The notes: generated by a model from the letters alone, not told the origin. 64,000 bases of DNA from Eledone cirrhosa (GCA_964016885.1 OZ024740.1:38936001-39000000); one strand, 5' to 3'; positions 35,921 to 50,400 are shown, counted from the first letter of the stretch. Made by a program: numbers and translations.

Positions 35921-36112
35921 ATGTATGTATGTATGTATGTATGTATGTATGTATGTATGTATGTATGTATGTATGTACGTATGTATGTACGTATGCATGT
36001 ACGTATGTATGTACGTATGTATGTACGTATGTATGTGCGTATGTATGCACGTATGTATGTATGTATGTATGTATGTATGTATGTATGTATGTATGTATGT
36101 ATGTATGTATGG

Positions 36113-36718
36113 TCAGGTCACCAGTTGGTGCTACTGGTAACATGTATCCCAGTGCAACCTGTCTCATGGTCGGGTCGTTGGCGACTAAACTGGCAACCCC
36201 ACCAAGGTTTCTTGGTGAGGAGGGTGACTTTGGACATCCTGCAGGACTAAAAACAAAACCTGTCAAAGGACAAAGGAGCTCTTAAGAGTCAATGGCCATC
36301 CAAATTCACCGGGAGAGATGACCCCTTAGCCTTTGTCAAGGCAGAATTCTAGGAAAAGGAAAACTCTGATATAACACCTGCAACCCTGATGGTATCCAAT
36401 GATGTTGACTTGTTCTTCTTTTTGGTAAATATCATCTTGGTTAAGAGAGTGGGACTGGCTTTGTGCAGTGCCTTTGTTCACTATAAAAGCTTCACGGCAC
36501 AGGCATTGCTTTATATCTGGAGATCTCTCTGCACTTGTCGTCACATGTACCATGGGCCCAGCACTATATGTCAATAATGGTCACAAGTGTAGTGTTTGTA
36601 CCAGAGTTTTCAAGTCGCTGGCTGGACTAAAAAGTCACACTCGTTCAGCGCATCGGCGGGGGTGCTCCTACATGGATATAAAGTAGTGGCCGTACTCGAA
36701 AACGAGTTGGCAGCCACC
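36113..36718 (+). mobile_element. Family A copy 7
   Basis: Aligns to A end to end. Confidence 0.9.
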
Positions 36719-37049
36719 ATGTATGTACGTATGTATGTACGTACGTATATATGTATGTACGTATTTACGTATGTACGTATGTATGTATGTATGTATGTAT
36801 GTATGTACGTATGTATGTATGTATGTACGTATCTATGTAATTATCGATATCGAGGATTTTCAATGTCAAATAGAAGAACACACAGACACAAACAGACTGT
36901 TGACTTTCAACATTAGTGATTTAGTCTGTTTTGTCTGTTGTTTGTCTGTCGTTTTCTCTGTTGTGTCTGTTTGTCTGTTTCAATGTTGGGGGATGTGATG
37001 TATTTTAAACTATATTCCTTAATAACACATATCTACATATAATACATTC

Positions 37050-38000
37050 AAAAATAAAACATACATTTAATGGAAAGACGTAAACGTATTTAACGCCTAC
37101 ATAGAAAGAGAAATACATCAATATTTCCACGTGGGCAGCTACTGCAGGCACGAGTGGATGACAAGAAACTTTTTCCAAAGAATTTTAGGCTGTTGAAGGT
37201 CACTATCATAAATGTAGCTTCACTAAATACAGAATTCCTATTTATCAACCTGATAAATGTGTTTTGTGTCGACATTAATAACTCGAAGTGATATTAGCCC
37301 TGTGTTTTTGTCCGATACCATATTCACTCTTGTAACTAAATAACATATATTTATTATTTATTATTTAAAGGGTGTGTTTAGCGGTGGATTGGCAGTATCG
37401 GTAGAGGGTCGGACGCCATGTTTTCACGCATAGAGTTACGGCCCTTGCCATTCTGAGTTCAAATCCCGCCGAGGTTAACTTTGCCTTTCATCCTTACGGG
37501 GTCGATAAAATAAAGTACCAGTAATACACTGGGTAATTGCTGGCCTTGTGCCAAAATTAGAAACAATTATTTAAAGGGTGGGAATGTTGTGTAGTTTTAT
37601 ATTTATTGTATATGGCTCTCTTTTTCATAGAAACAAATCTAAAATGTCCAATATTTTTATCATAAACGGTAAAACTAAATCACCAAAAATCAGGTTATCA
37701 TTCCTTAATCGACATTATATTGCTTGTCAATATATTCACTTAATCAAATATATTTCTATAGAGAGAGAGTTGAATTATTTCATCGATAAATTTAAATAAC
37801 TTCTGAAACAAAACGGTTAAACCAATTTCTAATAAATAAACACTACTTTTATGTTGAGAATTACAAAATAAATTACATCCAATGGTTTGATGATCAAATG
37901 TAAAACTAAACACATACAGAATTGGCACTTATATGAGCAAAATATATTGTTTTACTGCTTATGAAATCCTGTTCGGACGGTTGCTGTAGCAGCAGCCATA
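37050..38000 (-). pseudogene. Possible second decayed LRR-gene remnant, interrupted by a SINE
   Basis: Minus-strand fragments FCSYKCQFCMC (LRRNT-like), LFKFIDEIIQLSLYRNIF, FGDLVLPFMIKILDILDLF and TGLISLRVINV; many stops. Confidence 0.25.
37381..37570 (+). mobile_element. Young tRNA-derived SINE with TSD
   Basis: Family consensus. TTATTTAAAGGGTG on both sides. Confidence 0.9.
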
Positions 38001-38481
38001 CATACGACTGCAATTATTTTAGATCGAACAGAATTTATATCTAAACAATAAACAAGCAACTTAATAAATAATCTAGTATTGGTGTCTAGTGACTAACACA
38101 GCGCTGTTATCAATTCTATTTTTGTGCCAACTTTGAAAACAAAACACCATCCATCATATCGTATCGTCTGCTTCATTCATTTTGTCTTCTTTTCATTTCT
38201 CTTCACACAATACACACACACACGCACACGCAAACACACACAAACACACACACAAACACACACACACACTCTCTCTCTCTCTCTCTCCCTCTCTCTCTCT
38301 CTAACGCACACACATATCTACATATCTATATACACGAATAATTATATACACACATATACATGCTTACATATATACATACACACATGAAAATATACATACA
38401 CACACACAAACATACATACATACATACATACATACATACATACATACATACATACATACATACATACATACATACATACAT

Positions 38482-38886
38482 GGTGGCTGCCAACTCGTTT
38501 TCGAGTACGGCCACTACTTTATATCCATTTAGGAGAACCCCTACCGATGCGCTGAACGAGTGTGACATTTTAGTCCAGCCAGCGACTTGAAAACTCTGGT
38601 ACAAACACTACACTTGTGACAATTATTGACACATAGTGCTGGGCCCATGGTACCATGTGACGACAAGTGAGATCTCCAGATATAAAGCAATGCCTGTGCC
38701 GTGAAGCTTTTATCGTGAGCAAAGGCACTGCACAAAGCCAGTCCCACTCTCTTAACCAAGATGATATTTACCAAAAAGAAGAACAAGTCAACATCACTGG
38801 ATACCATCAGGGTTGTACGTGTTATATCAGAGTTTTCCTTCTCCTAGAATTCTACCTTGACAAAGGCTAAGGGTCATCTCTCCCGG
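38482..38886 (-). mobile_element. Family A copy 8 (5'-truncated)
   Basis: Reverse complement of the A 3' 400 bp; (CATA)n flanks. Confidence 0.85.
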
Positions 38887-38895
38887 ACATACATA

Positions 38896-39024
38896 CATCA
38901 TCGGTAACTACTGAGCCACAGGTTTTATATCGGAGTTATCCCAGTTTCCTGAGTTGCCTTCTCCTAGAATAATGCCCTGACAAAGGCTAGGGGTCCTTCA
39001 CTCCCAGTGGTTTAACCGCGCGGT
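38896..39024 (-). mobile_element. Family B 5' fragment
   Basis: Matches 40194-40320. Confidence 0.7.
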
Positions 39025-39152
39025 ACATGTGTATATACATATTTACACACTTTCGGATGGACATTGACTCTTATGAGTTCTTCCGTACATACATACATAC
39101 ATTCATACATACATACATACATACATACATACATACACACATACACACATAC

Positions 39153-39183
<31 letters not shown>

Positions 39184-39210
39184 CATACAAACATACATAC
39201 ATACATACAT

Positions 39211-39600
39211 ATAATTGTCGCATCTCAGTTTTGAGAATTGCCATCCTTTCATCTTTTTCTCATACATGCGTGGCACAAACATGACTTTTCAGCACTACAA
39301 AGGACTTAGATACCTTTCTGCATATGCGGCAGCGAAAGATAACAGAAAAAGCCATGCTCACGCAACACACGTGAAACTCGTTGAGATCAAGTGATGGCTG
39401 TGCTTGAAGCTTTTTTAAATGAACAAAAGCCTTGCACTGGAGCAATCCTACTCTCTGAAGAACAAGTCAACAGCATTGGCTGCCATCAAGTTGCAGGTTT
39501 TACATCAGTTTTCCTTCTAGAATGATGTCCTAACAAGAACTAGGGGTCTCTCCCTCCCAGTGTTCGGCCACTAAACCGAGTAGTTCCATGTCCCCGCACA
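39211..39600 (-). mobile_element. Family D: diverged bipartite RTE-derived element
   Basis: RTE leader CTAGAAGGAAAACTGATG, zinc-finger remnant FRCRICRKVSKSFVVLKSHVCATH, and 5' GCGGGGACATGGAA shared with B. Confidence 0.65.
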
Positions 39601-39657
39601 AACATGCATACACACATACGTACATACATACATACATACATACATACATACATACAT

Positions 39658-39943
39658 GGTGGCTGCCAACTCGTTTTCGAGTACGGCCACTACTTTACAT
39701 CCATGTAGGATAACCCCTACCGAAGCGCTGAACGAGTGTGACTTTTTAGTCCAGCCAGCGACTTGAAACCTCTGGTACAAACACTACACCTGTGACAATT
39801 ATTGACACATAGTGCTAGGCCCATGGTAGGACAATTATTGACACATAGTGCTGGGCCCATGTGAGGACAAGTGCAGAGAGATCTCCAGATATAAAGCAAT
39901 GCCTGTGCCGTGAAGCTTTTATAGTGAGCAAAGGCACTGCACA
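39658..39943 (-). mobile_element. Family A copy 9 (3' fragment with ~36-bp internal duplication)
   Basis: GACAATTATTGACACATAGTGCT(A/G)GGCCCATG occurs twice. Confidence 0.8.
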
Positions 39944-39951
39944 TACATACA

Positions 39952-39985
<34 letters not shown>

Positions 39986-40002
39986 CATACATACATACAC
40001 AC

Positions 40003-40360
40003 ATGATGATGGCTGCCCCCTCGTTATCGAGTATGGCCATTGCATGATATACCATTATTAATAATTATTAATTAATTCTAATGTGCAATGCCTGTGCATG
40101 AAGATATTTTTTAAAGTGAGGAAAGACTGTGCACTGAGCCAATCCCACACTCTGAGCGACAGTAGCTGTAACCCGAAAAGAAGAAAAGATCAACATCATC
40201 GGTAACTACTGAGCCGCAGGTTTTATATCGGAGTTATCCCAGTTTCCTGAGTTGCCTTCTCCTAGAAGAATTCCCTGACAAAGGCTAGGGGGTCCTTCAC
40301 TCCCAGTGGTTTAATCGCGCGATCGGGTGTCCAGCTCGACTATTTCTATGTCCCCGCGCA
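40003..40360 (-). mobile_element. Family B, apparently full length
   Basis: Reverse complement of 16604-16886, extended 5' to GCGCGGGGACATAGAAATAGTCGAGCTGG. Confidence 0.8.
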
Positions 40361-41098
40361 TATATATACACATACACCCATGCATATACACATATATATA
40401 CATATGTACATGTGTATATACATATTACACACTTTTGGATGGTGTTGACTCTTACATACATACATATATACATACATATATACATATATTATATATAAGT
40501 AAATGTGCCACCAATGTGTATAAGATGTTCTATATGTACATACATATATACATATATACATATATACATAAATACATATATAAATATATACACTTTTTTT
40601 TTTCAAACCAAGCTAATGAAATTATCTCATATATATTTATATAATAAAAGGTGTAGCTTACTATAACATATTCATAATACACCCTATAAATGATGAGATA
40701 TTTGGAAATCGATAGTCTATTGAGTATAACAGAAATAACAACATTCTATGTTTATGTATGAGGGGTTTCCATTCATATTTAGTCTGCTCTGATCCAGCAA
40801 ACCTACCATCAAAAACCTGACAGCCATAAACATCATGTCGTCTGTATATCCTGGACATTACAACACTACATGTCCTTCCGTTTTCAAGACAGTTGACTGT
40901 GATTTAATGTAGATTTAGCTGCTATTTCTAGTAAATCGATATACTATTTCTAGTAGAAATATGTAGTAAATATTAACATGTTTTACTGAGATATGAATGT
41001 TTAAAGTAATGTAGTGGGCGTAGATAAATCCATGTTCTGCCCCGTGGAAATATGTAAATATATCATTATATACAACTATACACATACATATTGACAGG

Positions 41099-41165
<67 letters not shown>

Positions 41166-41177
41166 GTGTGTGTGTGC

Positions 41178-41215
<38 letters not shown>

Positions 41216-41562
41216 ATAATTATAAATGTGAAGACTAAAATCCAAAGAGGGCTCGATAAGGATAAATATATATCAAATATATAAGAACCCTAGAGCAAAT
41301 ATTTATTTAAAGCAATGAACTAATAAATATATATATATACATATACACGCGAGCACATGCACTGACACACGCACACATCTAGATATTAGATATGTGTGTA
41401 ACTATAGTTACAGGTGGTTCTTTGGTTAAGGTACACACATAAGGGTCACCTGGTGAAGGCTTATACTTCAGTGTAGTCCAAGGTTAAGGCAGCTGTAACG
41501 TGCTGAGTGTAAACACAAGTAGGCAGGAAGGAAGTCTATGTTGCATCTGAAATGAACTTTAT

Positions 41563-41643
41563 TACATATGACAATTGTTTTGATATCGATCAGCTCATGG
41601 TTCGATCATAGTGTACTGGGCCCGACATCTCATCAGATATGCA
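41563..41643 (-). ncRNA. Minimal type I hammerhead ribozyme relic with G12A substitution
   Basis: Minus strand TGCATAT-CTGATGA-GATGTCG...CGATATC-AAAAC-AATT-GTC-ATATGTA: 7-bp stem I, 7-bp stem II, palindromic stem III ACAATTGT and a GUC triplet. GAAA reads AAAA. Confidence 0.7.
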
Positions 41644-41665
41644 TTCGTAGGAGCAGAACACATTC

Positions 41666-41729
<64 letters not shown>

Positions 41730-41819
41730 CTGGAGTTGCGACCGATAGATAGTATTAGCAATTGAAAAGACCAATGGAAACATTGTTTCCTCGGTCCGAT
41801 TTGACGAAAGTCGATCGTT

Positions 41820-41920
<101 letters not shown>

Positions 41921-42076
41921 CGCACTGAAGCACACACACATACTCGCTGTGAAACGCATACACGCACACAGATATACACATGTAGTGTGTATTGAGTCAT
42001 TTATGTATGAGTAACGGACCAGGAAGAAAGAAATTGCTTAGTCAACGGTCTGGTTATACAACAACTGAATGAAAGC

Positions 42077-42368
42077 TGATATCATAGATATGATGAATAT
42101 TTGATATTAAAAAAAAAAAAAAACTAATGAAAGTTATTATCATAGATATAAAGAATATTTGATATCAAAAAATGAGTGTAAGTTATTATCATAGATATAA
42201 AGAATATTTGATATCAAAAAACTAATGAAAGCGATTATCATAAATATAAAGAATATTTGATATTTAAAAACTAATCAACTATATCATGATAAATATAAAA
42301 AGAGGATTTGATATTAACAAACTAATGAACTATAACATGATAAATATAAAAAGAGGATTTGGTATTTA
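42077..42368. repeat. ~45-50-bp AT-rich tandem repeat
   Basis: Recurring TATCATAGATATAAAGAATATTTGATATCAAAAAACTAATGAAAG. Confidence 0.8.
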
Positions 42369-42557
42369 AATAACCCTAAATGATTGTTGGTATAATAAAT
42401 CTAAAGAGTGGTGTAAAGAAAAAAGGAAGAGAAAGTAGACAGGAAGAGAAATTTAGCAGAACCATGTCGTTGGCAAAACATGAAGACGAAAATCACAATT
42501 TCTACATGTTTCCTAGTGATGTGTGTGTATATTTACATTATATGTATATATATATAT

Positions 42558-43164
42558 GGTGGCTGCCAACTCGTTTTCGAGTACGGCCACTACTTTATAT
42601 CCATGTAGGAGAACCCCTACCGATGCGCTGAACGAGTGTGACTTTTTAGTCCAGCCAGCGACTTGAAAACTCTGGTACAAAGACTACACTTGTGACCATT
42701 ATTGACACATAGTGCTGGGCCCATGGTACCATGTGACGACAAGTGCAGAGAGATCTCCAGATATAAAGCAATGCCTGTGCCGTGAAGTTTTTATAGTGAG
42801 CAAAGGCACTGCACAAAGCCAGTCCCACTCTCTTAACCAAGATGATATTTACCAAAAAGAAGAACAAGTCAACATCATTGGATACCATCAGGGTTGCAGG
42901 TGTGATATCAGAGTTTTCCTTCTCCTAGAATTCTGCCTTGACAAAGGCTAAGGGGTCATCTCTCCCGGTGATTTTGGATGGCCATTGACTCTTAAGAGCT
43001 CCTTTGCCCTTTGACAGGTTTTGTTTTTAGTCCTGCAGGATGTCCAAAGTCACCCTCCTCACCAAGAAACCTTGGTGGGGTTGCCAGTTTAGTCGCCAAC
43101 GACCCGACCATGGGACAGGTTGTACTGGGATACATGTTACCAGTAGCACCAACTGGTGACCTGA
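42558..43164 (-). mobile_element. Family A copy 10 (full length)
   Basis: Reverse complement of A; TA-rich flanks. Confidence 0.9.
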
Positions 43165-43307
43165 CATATATATATATACACACACACACACATATGATTT
43201 CTCCCGGATTAAACAGTTCTATTTATACTCTGCTTTGTATTGAGTACCTTACTTACTGTGGTTACCTCCGATTGAACCCGTATTAACTTATATATATACA
43301 TATATAT

Positions 43308-43404
43308 AAATAATTGTTTCTACGTTAGGCACAAGACCAGCAATTACTCAGTGCATTACTGGTACTTTATTTTATCGACCGCGTAAGGATGAAAGGCAAA
43401 GTTA
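43308..43404 (-). mobile_element. SINE 3' half
   Basis: Family consensus, truncated by the (TATG)n tract of copy 11. Confidence 0.8.
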
Positions 43405-43426
43405 TGTATGTATGTATGTATGTATG

Positions 43427-44033
43427 TCAGGTCACCAGTTGGTGATACTGGTAACATGTATCCCAGTACAACCTGTCCCATGGTCGGGTCGTTGGCGACT
43501 AAACTGGCAACCCCACCAAGGTTTCTTGGTGAGGAGGGTGACTTTGGACATCCTGCAGGACTAAAAACAAAACCTGTCAAAGGGCAAAAGAGCTCTTAAG
43601 AGTCAATGGCCATCCAAAATCACCGGGAGAGATGACCCCTTAGCCTTTGTCAAGGCAGAATTCTAGGAGAAGGAAAACTCTGATATAACACCTGCAACCC
43701 TGATGGTATCCAGTGATGTTGACTTGTTCTTCTTTTTGGTAAATATCATCTTGGTTAAGAGAGTGGGACTGGCTTTGTGCAGTGCCTTTGCTCACTATAA
43801 AAGCTTCACGGCACAGGCATTGCTTTATATCTGGAGATCTCTCTGCACTTGTCGTCACATGGTACCATGGGCCCAGCACTATGTGTCAATCATTATCACA
43901 AGTGTAGTGTTTGTACCAGAGTTTTCAAGTCGCTGGCTGGACTAAAAAGTCGCACTCGTTCAGCGCATCGGTATGGGTTCTCCTACATGGATATAAAGTA
44001 GTGGCCGTACTCGAAAACGAGTTGGCAGCCACC
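43427..44033 (+). mobile_element. Family A copy 11 (full length)
   Basis: Aligns to A end to end. Confidence 0.9.
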
Positions 44034-44223
44034 ATGTATGTATGTATGTAATAGCACTATAGGTCTGTCTTACGATTCCACTTGTGTATATATTCTTCTA
44101 TGGTGCATGTATTTGGTATATATACAATATACAATACACTGTCTTTCCTATACGAATGTATTCACACTTCAACATTCTAATAAATATGTGTATATATTTT
44201 GGGGGGACAGCCTGCGTACATAT

Positions 44224-44292
<69 letters not shown>

Positions 44293-44544
44293 GTATGTGT
44301 ATATATATATATATATATATGTAAGTGAATGTATATGTGTGTATGTATGTGTGTGTATGTGTATGTATATATATATGTGTGCGTGTGTGTACTCTGTAAT
44401 ATATGTTAGTAATAACAATTAGATCTATGTGTATCTCGCTACAAGACAGTTGTGATAGTGTCTCTGGTGTCTCACAAATACAGTTGATATCATTACAGTG
44501 TACAGTATGTCACGTGTCTGTACCAGTTAACATGTCTAGAAAGA

Positions 44545-44925
44545 TATAGGGATAAGAGAGGAGACAGAGAGAGAGGCAGAGATAGGGAGAGGAACAGGGA
44601 GAGAGTCGGACATAGGGAGAGAGACAGATAGATAGAGAGAGGAGCAGAGAGAGAGTCAGAGATAGGGAGAGAGACAGATAGATAGAGGAACAGAGAGAGA
44701 GTCAGAGATAGGGAGAGAGACAGATAGATAGAGAGAGAGTGACAGAGAGAGAGATTCAGAGATAGGGAGAGAGACAGATAGATAGAGAGAGGAGCAGAGA
44801 GAGAGTCAGAGATAGGGACTGAGATAGATAGAGAGAAGAACAGAGAGAGTCAGAGAGAGAGACAAAGAGATAGACAGAGAGACAGACAGAGAGACAGACT
44901 GAGGAACAGAGAGAGACAGACAGGG
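44545..44925. repeat. Purine-rich (GA)-derived minisatellite
   Basis: GAGAGAGTCAGAGATAGGGAGAGAGACAGATAGATA units. Confidence 0.9.
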
Positions 44926-45011
44926 ATTACTAATGTTCTTTGTTTATATACTGCCGTATGTGTGTATATATATATATTACACATGTTTATATACCACCGA
45001 TTGCAAATGTG

Positions 45012-45042
<31 letters not shown>

Positions 45043-45055
45043 TTGTATGAATGTA

Positions 45056-45100
<45 letters not shown>

Positions 45101-45839
45101 ACCGTGCCCCAGCATGGCCTCAGCCGGATGGCTAGAACAGGTAAAAGAGTAAAAGAGTATACATCATATATATACACACATGTTTATATGTCACCGTATG
45201 AATGTATATATATATACATATTTACACATGTTTATATAGCGCTGTATAAGTGTGTATATATATAGTTACACATGTTTATATGCCGCCGTATAAGTGTATA
45301 TATATAGGTATATATATTTACACATGTTTATATACCGCCGTGTGTGTATATTTATCTACACATGCAGATAAAAAAATCAATCAATAAATAATAACTACCT
45401 GTTCTGTGAACGATTCCTCGTAGTAAGTATTTCTTCTCTCATCACATGCTTTCTGGTCACCTTTTTTACCACACTGTAAATCTAAGGAAGCAGGAATCTT
45501 CATCGTGTTTGTTTGTTTATTTCGGCTATAATCCTCTAATTACACTGGTTAATTAATTAAGAGAACCTTTAGTAGATATTATTGAGCTGTTGGTCAGTTT
45601 TGTGGCCCTACAGCTAACGTTGTTCATTTTTTTACCAATGTTTGACCAAATATCGACTGATGCTGTAAAATAACAGCGATAAAAGATGAGTGCTTAGCTG
45701 TATGGCAGACATTATAATAATAGACGGCATTCATTGTTGCTTATTTTTGTATTTCTGTTACAGTCATTGAAAACAGGCAACAACAACCACGACAACAACT
45801 TCTTAATTATAAACCATCATCGCACACTGACAGACAACA

Positions 45840-46366
45840 ACTGCTGCTGCTGTTATTGTTACCGCTGTTGCTGTTGCTTCTGTCGGCTGCTGTCGACTGC
45901 TGGTGCTGTCTGCTGCTGTTGTGGTGTCGGCTGCTGGTGCTGTCTGCTACTGTTGCTCTTGCTGCTATCTACTTCTGTTGCTGTTGCTGCTCTCTGCTGC
46001 TGTTGCTGCTGTCTGCTGCTGTTGCTGCTATCTGCTGCTGTTGCTGTTGGTGCTGTCTGCTGCTGCTGCCGGCTGCTGTTGTTGTCTGTTGTTGCTGTTG
46101 CTGTTGATGCTGTTGATGCTACTGTTGTTGTCTGCTGTTGCTGCTGTTGGTGGTGTTGTTGCTGTTGCAGTTGGTGCCGTTGATGCTACTGTTGTTGACC
46201 GCTATTGACTCTGATGTTGGTGCTGTTGCTACTGTTATTGCTGCTGCTGTTGGTGCTGTTGCAGCTGTTAGTGCTGTTGATGCTGTCGGCTGCTGTTGTT
46301 GGCGCTGCTGCTGTTGCTGCTGCTGTTGGTGGTGGTGCTCATATTGGTGCTGTTATGCGGTTGCTA
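45840..46366. repeat. Degenerate (CTG/TTG)n trinucleotide tract
   Basis: Direct inspection. Confidence 0.9.
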
Positions 46367-46384
46367 CGGTGGTACTCCCCCCCC

Positions 46385-47020
46385 CACACACACACACACA
46401 TCCCACCTCTCTCGCTATCTCTCTCTCACACACACACACCTTCACACATATACACACACATACTCTCTCTCTCTCTCACACACACACACATACACACACA
46501 CCTTCACACATATACACACACATACTCTCTCACGCACACACACACACACCTTCACACATATCCACACACATATACTCTCACTCTCTCACACACACACATA
46601 CACACACACCTTCACACATATACACACACATACTCTCTCTCACACACACACACACACATACACACACACCTTCACACATATACACATATATAATCTCTAA
46701 CTCTCTCACACATACACACACACACCTTCACACATATACTCTCTCTCACACACACACACCTTCACACAGATACACACATATACTCTCTAACTCTCTCTCA
46801 CACACACACACACTCACACCTTCACACATATACACACACATACTCTCTCTCACACACACATACATACACACACACCTTCACACATAAACTCTCTAACTCT
46901 CTCACACACACACACACACACACCTTCACACATATACACACACATACTCTCTCTCTCTCTCTCTCACACACACACCTTCACAGATATACACACACATACT
47001 CTCTCTCTCTCTCTCTCTCT

Positions 47021-47061
<41 letters not shown>

Positions 47062-47140
47062 TCACACATATACACACACATATTCTCTCTCTCACACACA
47101 TACACACACACACATTCACACATATACACACACATACTCA

Positions 47141-47173
<33 letters not shown>

Positions 47174-47178
47174 TCTCA

Positions 47179-47210
<32 letters not shown>

Positions 47211-47370
47211 TTATCTCACCACTATAGTTATGTTAAGAGTAGTTGCATACTTTCTCCTTCTCGCCCACTCTCGCTACTCTCTCCTTTTCTCTCACCTTAT
47301 GAATCACACTCTCTCTCTCTCCCTCCTTCTCCCTCTCTCTTTCTCTCCCTCTCTCTCTCTCTCTCACTTT
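46385..47370. repeat. CA/CT-derived minisatellite
   Basis: CCTTCACACATATACACACACATACTCTCTCTCACACAC units followed by (CT)n. Confidence 0.9.
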
Positions 47371-47424
47371 CTGACCACTGTAGTTACATCGATACTCACC
47401 TCATCACTGTTATATATATATATA

Positions 47425-50400
47425 CAATACTACTGTTATATAGTTACAATACTAATGTTATATAGTTACAATACTACTGTTATGTAGTTACAATACTACT
47501 GTTATATAGTTACAATACTACTGTTATATAGTTACAATACTACTGTTATATATATACAATACTATTGTTATATAGTTACAATACTACTGTTATATAGTTA
47601 CAATACTACAGTATATAGTTACGATACTACTGTTATATAGTTACAATACTACTGTTATATAGTTACATTACTACACTATATAGTTACAATACTACTGTTA
47701 TATAGTTACAATGCTACTGTTATATAGTTACAATACTACACTATATAGTTACAATACTACTGTTATATAGTTACAATACTACACTATATAGTTACAATAC
47801 TACTGTTATATATAGTTACAATACTACTGTCCTATAGTTACAATGCTACTGTTATATAATTACAATACTACTGTTATATAGTTACAATACTACACTATAT
47901 AGTTACAATAATACTGTTATATAGTTACAATACTACTGTTATATAGTTACAATACTACTGTTATATAGTTACAATACTACTGTTATATAGTTACAATACT
48001 AGAGTATATAGTTACAATACTAGAGTATATAGTTACAATACTACAGTATATAGTTACAATACTACTGTTATATAGTTACAATACTACACTTTATAGTTAC
48101 AATACTACTGTTATATAGTTACAATACTACACTATATAGTTACAATACTACTGTTATATAGTTACAATACTACTGTTATATAGTTACATTACTACTGTTA
48201 TATAGTTGCAATGCTTCTGTTATATAGTTACAATACTACAGTTTATAGTTACAATGCTACTATTATATAGTTACAATACTATTGTTATATAGTTACAATA
48301 CTACACTATATAGTTACAATACTACTGTTATATAGTTACAATACTACACTATATAGTTGCAATACTACTGTTATATAGTTACAATACTAAAGTTATATAG
48401 TTACAATACTACTGTTATATATAGTTACAATACTACTGTTATATAGTTACAATACTACTGTTATATATAGTTACAATACTACTGTTATATAGTTACAATA
48501 CTACTGTTATATAGTTACAATACTAAAGTTATATAGTTACAATACTACTGTTATATATAGTTACAATACTACTGTTATATAGTTACAATACTACTGTTAT
48601 ATAGTTACAATACTACTGTTATATATAGTTACAATACTACTGTTATATAGTTACAATACTACTGTTATATATAGTTACAATACTACTGTTATATAGTTAC
48701 AATACTACTGTTATATATAGTTGCAATACTACTGTTATATAGTTACAATACTACTGTTATATAGTTACAATACTACTGTTATATATAGTTACAATACTAC
48801 TGTTATATAGTTACAATACTACACTATATAGTTGCAATACTACTGTTATATAGTTACAATACTAAAGTTATATAGTTACAATACTACTGTTATATATAGT
48901 TACAATACTACTGCTATATAGTTACAATACTACTGTTATATATAGTTACAATACTACTGTTATATAGTTACAATACTACTGTTATATAGTTACAATACTA
49001 AAGTTATATAGTTACAATACTACTGTTATATATAGTTACAATACTACTGTTATATAGTTACAATACTACTGTTATATAGTTACAATACTACTGTTATATA
49101 TAGTTACAATACTACTGTTATATAGTTACAATACTACTGTTATATATAGTTACAATACTACTGTTATATAGTTACAATACTACTGTTATATATAGTTGCA
49201 ATACTACTGTTATATAGTTACAATACTACTGTTATATAGTTACAATACTACTGTTATATATAGTTACAATACTACTGTTATATAGTTACAATACTACACT
49301 ATATAGTTACATTACTACTGTTATATAGTTACAATACTACACTATATAGTTACAATACTACTGTTATATAGTTACAATACTACACTATATAGTTACAATA
49401 CTACTGTTATATATAGTTACAATACTACTGTCCTATAGTTACAATGCTACTGTTATATAATTACAATACTACTGTTATATAGTTACAATACTACACTATA
49501 TAGTTACAATAATACTGTTATATAGTTACAATACTACTGTTATATAGTTACAATACTACTGTTATATAGTTACAATACTACAGTATATAGTTACAATACT
49601 ACAGTATATAGTTACAATACTACTGTTATATAGTTACAATACTACTGTTATATAGTTACAATACTACAGTATATAGTTACAATACTACTGTTATATAGTT
49701 ACAATACTACTGTTATATAGTTACAATACTACAGTATATAGTTACAATACTACAGTATATAGTTACAATACTACTGTTATATAGTTACAATACTACAGTA
49801 TATAGTTACAATACTACAGTATATAGTTACAATACTACTGTTATATAGTTACAATACTACAGTATATAGTTACAATACTACTGTTATATAGTTACAATAC
49901 TACTGTTATATAGTTACAATACTACAGTATATAGTTACAATACTACTGTTATATAGTTACAATATTACACTTTATAGTTACAATACTACTGTTATATAGT
50001 TACAATACTACACTATATAGTTACAATACTACTGTTATATAGTTACAATACTACTGTTATATAGTTACATTACTACTGTTATATAGTTGCAATGCTTCTG
50101 TTATATAGTTACAATACTACAGTTTATAGTTACAATGCTACTATTATATAGTTACAATACTATTGTTATATAGTTACAATACTACACTATATAGTTACAA
50201 TACTACTGTTATATAGTTACAATACTACACTATATAGTTGCAATACTACTGTTATATAGTTACAATACTAAAGTTATATAGTTACAATACTACTGTTATA
50301 TATAGTTACAATACTACTGTTATATAGTTACAATACTACTGTTATATATAGTTACAATACTACTGTTATATAGTTACAATACTACTGTTATATAGTTACA

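Noticed and set aside
41397-41412. 16-bp palindrome TGTAACTATAGTTACA resembling the satellite unit
   Set aside because: Too short and AT-rich to distinguish from chance.
45734-46887. Cys/Leu/Ala-rich or poly-Gln protein gene
   Set aside because: Degenerate trinucleotide tract open in all frames, with no splice or domain evidence.
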